Shown here in pieces: positions 20,489 through 30,089 of a DNA stretch of 64,000 nt (position 1 is its first letter; each line of letters begins with the position of its first letter). A program made the translations under genes and the position numbers. The DNA comes from Acetobacteraceae bacterium (GTDB lineage: Bacteria; Pseudomonadota; Alphaproteobacteria; Acetobacterales; Acetobacteraceae): the NCBI GenBank assembly GCA_965246835.1, contig CBDFFQ010000001.1:2558451-2622450 (forward strand), in the 5' to 3' direction. Under the pieces are notes generated by a model that saw nothing but the letters and a program-made list of their open reading frames with translations, ran no database searches and was not told the origin of the DNA.

Positions 20489-21571
20489 TCAATCGCTTCG
20501 GCTGCTGCGCACGGCCAAAACACCCATGAGAATGCGATCGATAGCGTCTGGCCCGTCGGCCAAAGCGGGCGGGCCATCAACAAATTCCAAGCCAGCATCG
20601 ACCGGGTAAACGCTCATCTTGCCTATCCCGGCTGTTACCGCGTCCTGAACGAACGCCTGAAATTCGGCATTTGGGGCCGCGTTCGCGCGAAAGACGAAGC
20701 CGGCGATCAGGTCGCATAGCTGCAGCGACGAGCACTCGTGGCTACGGGCGCTGGTCGTCGACGTTACAGATATTGGTAACGTGAGCGTCTTCTTGTTGCC
20801 CACTTGGATGACTTGAGCGGGATGGGTCGCATCGGTCATCTCCGACCAGCGCCGACTACGCGCGAAGAAATGCTTGCTCTCATCGTGGAAGACCGCGAAC
20901 GGCCCTGTGTGACGGCTCTGCCAGTGAGCCATGCTCGACACTAAGCTTGTAACATGGATATCGTTCGAATCCTTGAGTAGTGACAGATTAGTACCTTGGA
21001 GGCGATTGACTCCCTCCACCATCAAGCTCAGGAAGGGGGTTGTTTCCTCAGGCGCACTGAGTGTTACATTCTTGAGGGCCGCCTGAAGACGGCTAAGCGT
21101 GTTGGCATCCGGCGCGCGTCCAAACGCGTTGTAAGCCGCAAAAAGAACTGTCAGAGCATCTTTGTTCAGGAAATTGTCAAACGCGAAATAAGCCATATTA
21201 GCATAGCGTGCAGCATAGTCATCTTTGTAGAAATCATAACCATTTGCACGCACCACTGGCTCTGTAAGATAGTCAACCATCTTGCAGAGCACTGCAAAGT
21301 GCTTATTTATTTTGGTCGCAACAAAGCGTTCGGGCTGTAAGCCTACCTCCTGTGCAAATGAAAGAAATGCACGACGACCCTGAGATCGCTTAAATATTTC
21401 CTTCGACTTAATTTCCGGCCCTTTTTGAAGCGGGAAGCAGCGCCTTATTATGTCGGTAGCCTCATCCTCCTGGATGTCCGTGCTGCCAATTGTGAAGTAG
21501 GGCTGCTCAGAGTCGAGTAACTCAGTGCCAGTATTGCCACTTTCGTCAAAGTAAATTCTCGTAACGTCCAT
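20489..21571 (-). CDS. DUF3800-like protein
   Basis: Start set at MDVTRIYFDESGNTG, the characteristic DUF3800 N-terminus. Lies in an AT-richer block. Confidence 0.65.
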   Translation of the reverse strand: MDVTRIYFDESGNTGTELLDSEQPYFTIGSTDIQEDEATDIIRRCFPLQKGPEIKSKEIFKRSQGRRAFLSFAQEVGLQPERFVATKINKHFAVLCKMVDYLTEPVVRANGYDFYKDDYAARYANMAYFAFDNFLNKDALTVLFAAYNAFGRAPDANTLSRLQAALKNVTLSAPEETTPFLSLMVEGVNRLQGTNLSLLKDSNDIHVTSLVSSMAHWQSRHTGPFAVFHDESKHFFARSRRWSEMTDATHPAQVIQVGNKKTLTLPISVTSTTSARSHECSSLQLCDLIAGFVFRANAAPNAEFQAFVQDAVTAGIGKMSVYPVDAGLEFVDGPPALADGPDAIDRILMGVLAVRSSRSD

Positions 21572-21866
21572 CCTGCCCTCTTGTAGCGCAAAGCTGGTCC
21601 AGGCACTAAGTCTGACCTGCCGCACGCCCCCCCAAAACACCCCAGAAGGGGATAATTTAGCCTACTGCGGCAAGACCGCAAATGGCCGCTTTCCGTCACA
21701 AGGGCTCACCCGTCCACATGGGTGCTCCCTCCCGAGACACCCACGCCGAACATTCGTCCTGGGACGAACCCGTCTCGTCAGGGTTAGCTTGCCGATATCC
21801 GAGACAAACAGCTGACTTTCCGGACCGGGGTCTAGGATAATCCGAGACACAGCAACGGAGTTTTGG

Positions 21867-22487
21867 ATGGCAAAATACGGATATGCACGGGTAAGTTCAG
21901 ACGACCAGAGCCTGGACGTACAGCAGGAGCAGCTGCGGGCGGCGGGGTGCGACGTGGTGCGCGGGGAACACGCATCGGGAGCGTCCCGGGACGGACGCGG
22001 CGAACTCGCGCTCCTGCTCCAGTTCCTCCGCGCCGGTGACAGGCTGGTCGTCACCCGGGTGGACCGGCTGGCGAGGAGCCTTGCCGACCTTCAGGACCTG
22101 ATGCGCGAACTGAAAGCAAAGGGCGTGACGCTGGAAGCCACCGAACAGCGCATTGACACCGGCACGTCCGGCGGCAAGGCGTTTCTGGACATGTTGGGCG
22201 TGTTCGCGGAGTTTGAAACGAACCTGCGGCGCGAGCGTCAGATGGAAGGCATCGCCAAAGCCAAAGCCCGCGGGGTCTACAAGGGCAGACCGGCGAAGAT
22301 AAGGGCCGACCGCATCAGCGAATTACTCGACGGCGGTATGACCCCGACTGAGGTGGCCCGCGAGATGGGGATTGGGAGGGCGAGCGTATATCGAGTTCTG
22401 AGCAGAAGCACGCCGCTGACGAGTTGCACAACACGCCACCATTCCGTCGATGAACCGGCAGTTACTACGCAGGAAGCGGGTATTTAG
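21867..22487 (+). CDS. serine recombinase (resolvase/invertase family)
   Basis: MAKYGYARVSSDDQSLDVQ catalytic-Ser motif. C-terminal HTH (TPTEVAREMGIGRASVYRVL). Confidence 0.9.
   Translation: MAKYGYARVSSDDQSLDVQQEQLRAAGCDVVRGEHASGASRDGRGELALLLQFLRAGDRLVVTRVDRLARSLADLQDLMRELKAKGVTLEATEQRIDTGTSGGKAFLDMLGVFAEFETNLRRERQMEGIAKAKARGVYKGRPAKIRADRISELLDGGMTPTEVAREMGIGRASVYRVLSRSTPLTSCTTRHHSVDEPAVTTQEAGI
21980..21995. repeat. motif A copy 4
   Basis: agcGTCCCGGGACgga. In the recombinase CDS, read as S-R-D-G. Confidence 0.8.
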
Positions 22488-22567
22488 CGGCCCACGAGGA
22501 CGCAACGGTATCCGTCAGTGACAGGCAGAGCTTCCTCCGAGTCGGGCGCGTCGGGTAAGCCTGAAGT

Positions 22568-23998
22568 ATGGCAAACCGCCGATTCGTTTTCCTCGGTCAC
22601 GCGAACCCGCATGACAACGCATTTACCCTGTGGCTGGGTGCTCGACTGAGCGCCGCAGGGTTTGAGGTTTGGTCAGACCTGCGCCAGCTCCACGGAGGCG
22701 AGACGTTCTGGAACGACATCGAGGACGGACTTCGGCAACACACCGCAGTCTACGTTCCGATCCTGTCAAATTCCTCAGTGAACCGCGAGCGACGCGGCTT
22801 CCACGATGAAATCGCCATGGCCGTCCAGATTATGAGAACCCCGAACATGGAGCGGTTCATACAGCCGGTCATGATCGAGCGGGTTCATCCGGTCCCTCCT
22901 CCGCTTATTCAGCTCAACTACATCGACTTCACCGGAGGCTGGGCGAACGGCCTTCTGAGGCTCATCACTGCACTGGAAAAGTCCGGCGTTCCCAGAACGG
23001 ACAACCCGCCGACACAGGCGGTTTCGGCTTGGCGTGGCTATCAGGCAAGCGCCGCCGGGGCTGCGCAAGAGGCGGACGATCCCGAGCGTCTCTCGACCAC
23101 ATGGTTCGGCATCGACGGTCTGCCGCCCCGCATTCGTCTGGTTAAATCGCCTGTGGCATTCGACACCTGGACCAGGCTGCTGACGAATCATGGTGTGCCG
23201 CATGCCATCCATGGGGATGAGGTGCTTACTTTTGCCTCCGCGAAGCACATCGAGGAGCGACTGGGCGCGGACATCCCTGTCAGGCAATCGGCAGAGCACC
23301 GCACGGAACGTTTCCTCGTGGGTGACACGGGAAAAAACGGACTGCGTATTCGACCCGGGGAAGCGCAACGGCTCGTCGCCGGCATGATCAACCGGAGCTG
23401 GGACATTTTTGCTGCCTCTCGTGGGCTGCACCGTCATGAACTCTCGAAATCGACCGCATGGTTTTTCCCGCTCGACCTTCTTGGCGGAAAAACCCGGTTC
23501 GAGAAGGAAGTCGGCGGAATCGGTGAAAGAGCGTTGATCGGTCGAAAGGGGAAGTTGGGAGTGCGATGGCATTTTGCCCTGTCGGCAAGGTTCGAGTTGC
23601 GTGAGCCAAGCCGCCTGATCGTCCGCTCGCATGTGCTGTTCAGCCAAGGCGGGACGGCGATGTTGGACAGCAAGAAAGCCCAGCGGCTGCGCAAATCGCT
23701 CTGCAAAGGTTGGTGGAACGACGAATGGCGGGACCGGCTTCAACTTGCCATGGCATACTTGAGCCAACGCGAGGGAGCGCTCCGTCTGCCGCTTCGGCAC
23801 AGCCCGACCCTGCGGCTTACCTTGGGTGACGCATGGGTCGATGTGGCAGCCCGTTCCATGCTCTTCGAGAGCGTGTCTTCGTTCCAGCGCCCACGCACGG
23901 AGGCAGAGCGGGAAGAGCCGAACGACAAGGCATTCGACGAGGAGGTTCGCGCGCCGGAGCTACCGGACGGTGACGATGACGACGAGGACGAGAAGTGA
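22568..23998 (+). CDS. TIR-APAZ protein (SPARTA-type effector partner of a short pAgo)
   Basis: N-terminal TIR-like FVFLGHANPHDNAFTLWLGARLSAAGFEVWSDLRQLHGGETFWNDIEDGL...HDEIAMAV, followed by about 330 aa. The stop overlaps the pAgo start. Confidence 0.8.
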   Translation: MANRRFVFLGHANPHDNAFTLWLGARLSAAGFEVWSDLRQLHGGETFWNDIEDGLRQHTAVYVPILSNSSVNRERRGFHDEIAMAVQIMRTPNMERFIQPVMIERVHPVPPPLIQLNYIDFTGGWANGLLRLITALEKSGVPRTDNPPTQAVSAWRGYQASAAGAAQEADDPERLSTTWFGIDGLPPRIRLVKSPVAFDTWTRLLTNHGVPHAIHGDEVLTFASAKHIEERLGADIPVRQSAEHRTERFLVGDTGKNGLRIRPGEAQRLVAGMINRSWDIFAASRGLHRHELSKSTAWFFPLDLLGGKTRFEKEVGGIGERALIGRKGKLGVRWHFALSARFELREPSRLIVRSHVLFSQGGTAMLDSKKAQRLRKSLCKGWWNDEWRDRLQLAMAYLSQREGALRLPLRHSPTLRLTLGDAWVDVAARSMLFESVSSFQRPRTEAEREEPNDKAFDEEVRAPELPDGDDDDEDEK

Positions 23999-25467
23999 CC
24001 GTGCGAAAGCTCCTGAAGCTGCCGGAGCCACTTCTTCGCGTTGGACATGCACAGCTGACGGATAATCCGAAAGACGGTCTGTTTCTCTTCGGGCCGGTTA
24101 TCGATGCAGAGCACCCACGCCAACTCCGGCTCGGGATCATCGGAACCACGGAGGGCTTACTTCGGTATCAGCGTTGGGCAAAGCGCATGCGGGGGTTCAT
24201 TCCCGCGCCTGAGAAGGCCCGTGCCTTTCACATGGCGTGGCCCGGCTTCGAAGCCGCTTTCAGCTGCGAATGGCCGGAAGAGCCTGTTGCCACCCTGGTT
24301 GTTGACGGCACCGAAATATTCAATGCGATCCATATCCGGGACCGCCATGAGGCAATTTACAAAACTGTCGACCTGTTCCTTCAGCCTATGCTGGCCCACA
24401 CACGCAAGGAGGAAAGCAGGCCTACTCTGTGGTTCGTCGTCATCCCGGAGGACATATACAAGTTCGGCAGGGAGAAATCGCTGATACCGCCCCACCTCAG
24501 ACAGCCCTCATCAAGCCGGGCCGGTGACAAGGTGGTAAGGGCCAGCCTGAAGCTTGGTCAGGGGCTTCTGTTAACCGACGACGCTGAAGGTGCGCGGCTT
24601 CACCGGTTTTCCAGGGATTTCCACAATCAGCTGAAGGCCCGGCTGCTGCGAGAGCGCATTGCCATTCAGATCGTCCGGGAGACGACGCTTGCGCCCGAGG
24701 ACTTCCTGACGAACTTCGGCAAGCCTGCGCGGGTCATGGAGGATGAGGCGACACGGGCGTGGAATCTCGGTGTCGGAACCTTCTTCAAAGGTGAGGGGAA
24801 GCCGTGGAGCCTGGCCGCCGCTCGGCCGGGGGTGTGCTACATAGGCCTTGTCTTCAAGAAGGTTCCGGGGGGACCGGTAGGGTATTCTGCCTGCGGAGCC
24901 CAGATGTTTCTGGACTCCGGCGTGGGCACGGTGTTTCGAGGGGCCATGGGTCCCTGGCGTAGCCCTGAGGACAAATCATATCACCTCTCGGAAGACGCTG
25001 CCGCCGACCTCGCGAGGGTCGTCATCGCCGAGTTTGAGCGGAAGCATCACGGCGCACGGCCGACCGAGTTGTTCATCCACGGACGCATTGCCTTCTCCGA
25101 TGCTGAGTGGCGTGGCTTTTCAGCCGCTGTCGATTACCGAACGAATCTCGTCGGGGTTCGCATCCGTCAGACCGATGAACTGAAGGCATTCACACCGGGT
25201 GAGATGCCATTGCTCCGGGGTCATGCCCTAATCCTGACACCGACAAAGGCTTTCTTGTGGAGCAACGGCTTTGTGCCACGCCTGGACACGTATCCCGGCT
25301 GGGAGGTCCCGCGCCCGCTGGCGATTGACGTCGTCCGGGGCGAGGCGGGCATGGAAACGGTGCTCGGTGACGTGTTGGCGTTGACCAAGCTCAACTACAA
25401 TTCCGCAGGTTACGGGTCCGGCCTTCCGGTCACTCTCGGCTTTGCCGATGCTGTCGGAGAGATTCTA

Positions 25468-26519
25468 GAGCGGTTCTCGTCCGGTCTGAATCAAAGGGAT
25501 TCCCCGACGCGGGCGTGATGTGATTCACCATGCAGGCTGGTTAGGAGGCCAGCGTGCATGGGGAAGATTCTTTCCGTCGATCTACGGTCCCGGCTTGTTG
25601 CGGCGGTTGCAGACGGCATGTCTCGGCGCGCTGCGGCGGAGCGGTTTGGTGTTTCAGCTGCGAGCGCCGTCCGGTGGGTGCAGGCAGTCAATACGACCGG
25701 GTCCGTCGCGCCCAAGCCGCAGGGCGGCGACACCCGCTCGCGTCGGATCGAGGCCTTCAGCGGCGTGATCCTGACAGCGGTCGCGGCCCAGAAGGACATC
25801 AGCTTGGCTGAGCTGTCGGACCTGCTGCGCGACCACCACGGCGCCTCGTTCGGCCCCAGCACCATCTGGCGCTGCCTCGACCGCCACGGCCTCACCTTCA
25901 AAAAAAACAGCGCACGCAGCCGAGCAGGAGCGGCCCGACGTCGCAGCCCGACGGCGAGCCTGGTTCGCAGGCCAGCCTGACCTCGACCCCAAGCGCCTGG
26001 TCTTCATCGACGAGACCGGCGCATCGACCAAGATGGCCCGGATCCGCGGCCGCGCCCGCAAAGGCGAGCGCTGCCGCGCCGCCGTGCCGCATGGTCACTG
26101 GAAGACGACCACCTTCACCGGCGCGCTTCGGGTCAGCGGCATGACCGCGCCCATGGTCCTCGACGGCCCGATGAACCGCATCGCCTTCCAGGCCTACATC
26201 GAGCAGGTGCTGGTGCCCACGCTCCACCGAGGCGACACCGTCATCATGGATAATCTGCCCGCGCATAAAGGCGCAGACGTGCGGCGGGCGATCGAGGCAG
26301 TTGGGGCCACGCTACGCTACCTGCCGCCCTACTCCCCCGACTTCAACCCAATCGAGAATGCCTTCTCCAAGCTCAAAGCCTACCTGCGCAAGGCAGCAGC
26401 ACGCACGATCGACGACCTATGGGACGTGATCCGCAACGCGCTTCCCTGCTTTACCGCGCAGGACTGCGCCAGCTACTTCACTGCCGCCGGGTATGAGCCA
26501 GAATGAATGGAAACCGCTC
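25468..26519 (+). mobile_element. IS630-family insertion sequence, copy 3
   Basis: Same ends and ORFs as the other copies. TA duplication in CTAG. Confidence 0.9.
25558..26506 (+). CDS. IS630-family DDE transposase (frames joined at A8 25900..25907)
   Basis: Identical to copies 1 and 2. Confidence 0.85.
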
Positions 26520-26652
26520 TAGTCGCTGCACCTATCGAAGATACGCCGCCCCTCCCATTCCGCTTCTACATGTAGCCCGCTCCGGGCCTGAGCGCTGGCT
26601 CAGCCGTTGGAGGACCTTTGCAGGCGTTGCACGTCTCCCCGGTTCGCTCGTC

Positions 26653-27198
26653 TCAGTGGCCGCCGTAAAGCGCGTTGTAGTCTGACTTGGCAACAAAAGC
26701 TCCGATGAGTCTGCACAACGGCTCACCGGCGGCAATCAACAACGCTCCCAGCAGGTTCTTCCTGGATAGATCGCCTCGACGTGCGGCAATTTCATCAACA
26801 CGAGCCATTGCCAGAAAAGCCATCAAGGCAGACACGTGCCGGGAATTGCGCATGGCTTTCACAACCGGTATCGCCCAAACATGATATCCGCGATAAGTCT
26901 GTTCGGAAATCCGTGAAGAAGCATCTTCGGAGCACAACCGGTAATCGTCTTGTGACATCCTGCCCTGTGAGTAGAGTTCGGTGCAGATCACTTTCTTTTT
27001 TTCAGCCGGTTCGCTGGTCCAAGGCGTTTGCCCCGACCAGAGCAAGTTGTCCCTTGCCGTTTCGCTTCCGTGAGCCGAGGCGATCTGCCATGAATCAATC
27101 TGGCTCTGCTGAGCGAGGGCGTGGTTTTGTTCTCGCCGAGCCGCTTTTTGGTCGGCGGCCCACTGCATCTGCCTTGAGAACTCGTCATCGGAAGCCAT
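26653..27198 (-). CDS. hypothetical protein
   Basis: Start set at MASDDEFSRQMQW. Coding-like. Divergent from the next gene. No domain recognised. Confidence 0.5.
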   Translation of the reverse strand: MASDDEFSRQMQWAADQKAARREQNHALAQQSQIDSWQIASAHGSETARDNLLWSGQTPWTSEPAEKKKVICTELYSQGRMSQDDYRLCSEDASSRISEQTYRGYHVWAIPVVKAMRNSRHVSALMAFLAMARVDEIAARRGDLSRKNLLGALLIAAGEPLCRLIGAFVAKSDYNALYGGH

Positions 27199-27456
27199 CG
27201 GTTGCACTCCCAGATCAAAGGCCGGCACTACGTTTACCAGCCTGACCCACATACAGTGCGCCGCCTCTCTTTCGAATAGGTATGCAGAAATTGCATCTGC
27301 GCCATCGGCACGGAGTGAGCAAATAACCAAACTTAGAGGGGAACGTTGTTGGACGGCGAGCCCCGGGGAAAAGCTGCTGGCTGGCGGCCGGTCCATAAAC
27401 GACCGGTTGCGGGACACGTGCATATCTGCAGGTTCGCGTCGTGCTATCCTGCTCCC

Positions 27457-28725
27457 ATGCCTCCGCCGACGCTTTACATGGACAGCAGCGATTACTCGAA
27501 CCTTGCAGCTGCTGTGGGAGACGGACCCTTTGCTGCCCGTCAGCGATGGTTGGATCTGCGGACACGAATTCTGGCGGCAAAAGCGAACGGTAGAGCCGTT
27601 TTCAGGTTTTCATACCCCATCGTGATGGAGGCTTACCCGACATCACCGGACCATCTTGCCCACGCCGTGGGGCGAGCTGCCGTTATCGGCGAAGTGTGCG
27701 GGAAAGATTGCATTCTTGATTTTCTCACGCTTGTTACCGAAGAGAGCAAAGCACTTGTGCTTCGGGGCGAGCAGTTCGAGAGGGCCGCCGCTTGGCGAAA
27801 CGATGGCGCGTGGCACCCAAATCCTGATGGTCTGCTCAGCGAATCAATCGCAGGTTTCAGGACCGGGTTGCCCAGCCAGCTTCGTGAACAACTCAAGGAG
27901 TCCAGGCTGCTGAACCGGAAGGCCCGGAGAAAACTTGAACTCTCGATGTTTTCCCGAGACGGTACTCCCACCCGACAGATGGCTTCGCTGTTCACGCTGG
28001 AACAGCGTCAGGAACTCAGTGCGGCGATCGGCCAGCGTTTTCATCTTCCTGGTTCAGCCCTCACCACGGACATCCCGGCCAAAGTCATACTGGGAGAGCT
28101 GCCCATTTCAGCTATGAGTGCACTGCTCGGTGCTATTCTCCGCGACTTGCCAACGCTGTTTCAACAGGAAGCCGTCCGGAAACACGAAGGCGCGCTTTTC
28201 CACTGGATCCGAAGCACAGGGCAGTCAGTTTCCGCCCCGCTCCGAGAGGCCCGCGCAAACCTTCTCGACATGATTGGCCGCCTGGGCTTGGACCGGGTTC
28301 GCTCCTTACATGCTCAGAGTGAGCTGGAATCCATCTCACAGACTTGGCTCGTCAAGCTGCGTACTCAGTTACTGGAAGCTCTCTGGAAAGCGGAACATCT
28401 GGCCCTCACGTCCTCAGGCGTAACCGCTCGCGACTGGGACGGCATCGTCAAAGGCTCGGGCTCGGGCCGAATGCCGGCTCTGGATGCACTCGTCACGGCT
28501 TGCGTCTTGCACATCGTCGCAGCTCTCCGGCCTTCGGCTCAACCCCGTCAACCCCGGGATAGCGACGGCGGCGATATGATCCATATGATGTATCTCCCAT
28601 ACGTCGATGTATTCCGGTGTGACGGTTACGCGGCAACGATTGCGGACCAGGTAGTCAGCGAGTTCGGTTTGTCTGCGGAGATTGTGACAAGCATGGAGCA
28701 GGCGCTAGAGGTTGTTGGTTGCTGA
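27457..28725 (+). CDS. hypothetical protein (422 aa) with PIN-like N- and C-terminal acidic motifs
   Basis: Start set at ATG 27457 (MPPPTLYMDSSDYSNL). The C-terminus GDMIHMMYLPYVDVFRCDGYAATIADQV is reminiscent of a split PIN/PIN-like fold. This assignment is weak. Confidence 0.5.
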   Translation: MPPPTLYMDSSDYSNLAAAVGDGPFAARQRWLDLRTRILAAKANGRAVFRFSYPIVMEAYPTSPDHLAHAVGRAAVIGEVCGKDCILDFLTLVTEESKALVLRGEQFERAAAWRNDGAWHPNPDGLLSESIAGFRTGLPSQLREQLKESRLLNRKARRKLELSMFSRDGTPTRQMASLFTLEQRQELSAAIGQRFHLPGSALTTDIPAKVILGELPISAMSALLGAILRDLPTLFQQEAVRKHEGALFHWIRSTGQSVSAPLREARANLLDMIGRLGLDRVRSLHAQSELESISQTWLVKLRTQLLEALWKAEHLALTSSGVTARDWDGIVKGSGSGRMPALDALVTACVLHIVAALRPSAQPRQPRDSDGGDMIHMMYLPYVDVFRCDGYAATIADQVVSEFGLSAEIVTSMEQALEVVGC

Positions 28726-29197
28726 GCAAGGTGGCGCAGGTGACGATCCGCTTTCCCGTCGTGACAGGAGGCGCGGACCAACACCTGTCCGGTACGTGTA
28801 AGTCTCCTGGGTTTTTTTGCCGACTTTGTAACTGACGTCCACGGGACCTACCCTGCTGTTCACCATCATCAACTTCTTTGTTTGGATTGTAGACTGGCTG
28901 AGGGCAGACTCGAATACGGCAGGCCATTTTGACAATTCGGGCTTTCTCGAACGATCTGCCGTCCATACGTCCTGCTTGATTCTGGCCCTTGCTGGTGCTT
29001 ATCTTCTGAGCGGAAAGTTACAAGACGAGCCCGGGTCCAATCAAATTGGTTTTGTGGGGACTTTTGCAGGTCTTTCGCTATTACTCTTAAGCGACGGGTT
29101 CAATATCAAAAAGGAACTCATCTCTTTAGTTCGAAAGTTTCTGACACTTGCATTGGTGGTAGTCGCATTCCTACTACATCAATGCAGTCATTCGCAA

Positions 29198-29611
29198 TTA
29201 TGAGCGGAAAAGTGCAAGCCCAATAAAAAATCCGAGGACAAGGCAGACCCTTATTTCTCGCATTCTCTCCTCTTTCGGTAATCTCCAGAAGCCATCGTTA
29301 GCAGGAGTCGAGGTATCTTCGGTTCTGATGTCGGCTGCCCAGTGTAGTCCCCAGATAAACCCCGCAGCCCAGCTCCAAACCGTCGGCCCGCCGCCCGCCT
29401 CCAGCTTCCAGCCGACCGCGAATGCGACCATCCCCAGCCCCCACAGACCAACTGCCTGCACGCGTCCCAGATTGGCCTCACGATGACGGCCGGCCTTCCA
29501 GTGTACGTTCGCCGCTGCCCTGAACCGCAACGCCACCCACCCCAGCCACGAGCCGATAACAACGCCGTCCGTCACGGTGTAGCGGCCAACGAGTTCCGAC
29601 ACGGCACTCAC
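29198..29611 (-). CDS. small integral membrane protein
   Basis: 137 aa with about 4 hydrophobic, Trp/Gly-rich segments. Overlaps the upstream gene's stop. Confidence 0.55.
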   Translation of the reverse strand: MSAVSELVGRYTVTDGVVIGSWLGWVALRFRAAANVHWKAGRHREANLGRVQAVGLWGLGMVAFAVGWKLEAGGGPTVWSWAAGFIWGLHWAADIRTEDTSTPANDGFWRLPKEERMREIRVCLVLGFFIGLALFRS

Positions 29612-29988
29612 GCCGCAGCTCCACCAGCGGCATCAGCCCGGGCACGTCGCCCCCTCCGTCCCGGGACAGACAGCATCAGCGTCCTGATGAGTTCTTCGAC
29701 ACTGGCAGCAGCGTGCTCAGCCGCTCCCTCGTCACCGTCCTCCATCGCGCTCTCAAGCTCGACAACAGCAGTCCTGAGTTCCTCGGCGGCAGACCAGCGC
29801 ACGGCAGCGGCGGCGTAAGCCCTCGTGCCGCGCAGGCACTCATCGAAGCGCTCACCAGCCTGCCAGCGGGCGTAATAACGGCGGTATGCTCTGGCCGTGT
29901 CGGTGCGCGCGGGCGGGCCGGAGGGAGCCGCAGCAACCACTCCGGCAGCATAACCGACCAATCTTGAATACTGTTCCCGGTTCTCCAT
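29608..29988 (-). CDS. hypothetical protein
   Basis: 126-aa ORF, 4-nt overlap with the downstream gene. Helical and Ala-rich. Confidence 0.5.
   Translation of the reverse strand: MENREQYSRLVGYAAGVVAAAPSGPPARTDTARAYRRYYARWQAGERFDECLRGTRAYAAAAVRWSAAEELRTAVVELESAMEDGDEGAAEHAAASVEELIRTLMLSVPGRRGRRARADAAGGAAA
29655..29670. repeat. motif A copy 5
   Basis: tccGTCCCGGGACaga. In a CDS, read as V-P-G-R on the minus strand. Confidence 0.8.
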
Positions 29989-30004
29989 TCGGCCCTCGCC
30001 TGGA

Positions 30005-30060
30005 TATATTCACAATACTAGCTGCGGTCACTTGCATGAGTCAGCTATATTGTAAGTATA
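30005..30060. promoter_or_regulatory. long imperfect inverted repeat in a divergent promoter region
   Basis: TATATTCACAATACTAGCTG -17 nt- CAGCTATATTGTAAGTATA, with 17 of 20 arm positions pairing. Lies between the minus-strand and plus-strand membrane-protein operons. Confidence 0.5.
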
Positions 30061-30089
30061 GGCCGCAGCAGGCCTTACCGGAGGCCGGC

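Larger units (their letters stand above)
23995..26575 (+). pseudogene. short prokaryotic Argonaute (MID-PIWI only), C-terminus displaced by IS630 copy 3
   Basis: LLKLPEPLLRVGHAQLTDNPKDGLFLFGP, WFVVIPEDIYKFGR, FHNQLKARLL..QIVRETTL, LPVTLGFADAVGEIL. The IS sits at 25468..26519. The repaired ORF is 508 aa and ends ..GEILVAAPIEDTPPLPFRFYM (stop at 26573..26575). Confidence 0.8.

Noticed and set aside
23205-23220. Partial motif B matches: CCATCCATGGGGATGA at 23205, CCATCGGCACGGAGTG at 27302, and ACATC-N6-GATGG at about 16174 and 32919.
   Set aside because: One arm is imperfect in each. They are compatible with chance, so they are mentioned only as weak candidates.
18839-26519. Composite transposon formed by the two directly oriented IS630 copies, carrying DUF3800, the recombinase and SPARTA.
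   Set aside because: Each IS has its own TA duplication, and each splits a gene whose halves are contiguous on both sides. These are independent insertions, not a unit that moved together.
28976-29203. 75-aa two-helix membrane ORF in the AT-rich spacer, and a possible terminator near 28765..28818 (T7 run).
   Set aside because: The ORF has a TTG start and no RBS. The hairpin stem before the T-run is weak with a long loop. Both are left unannotated.
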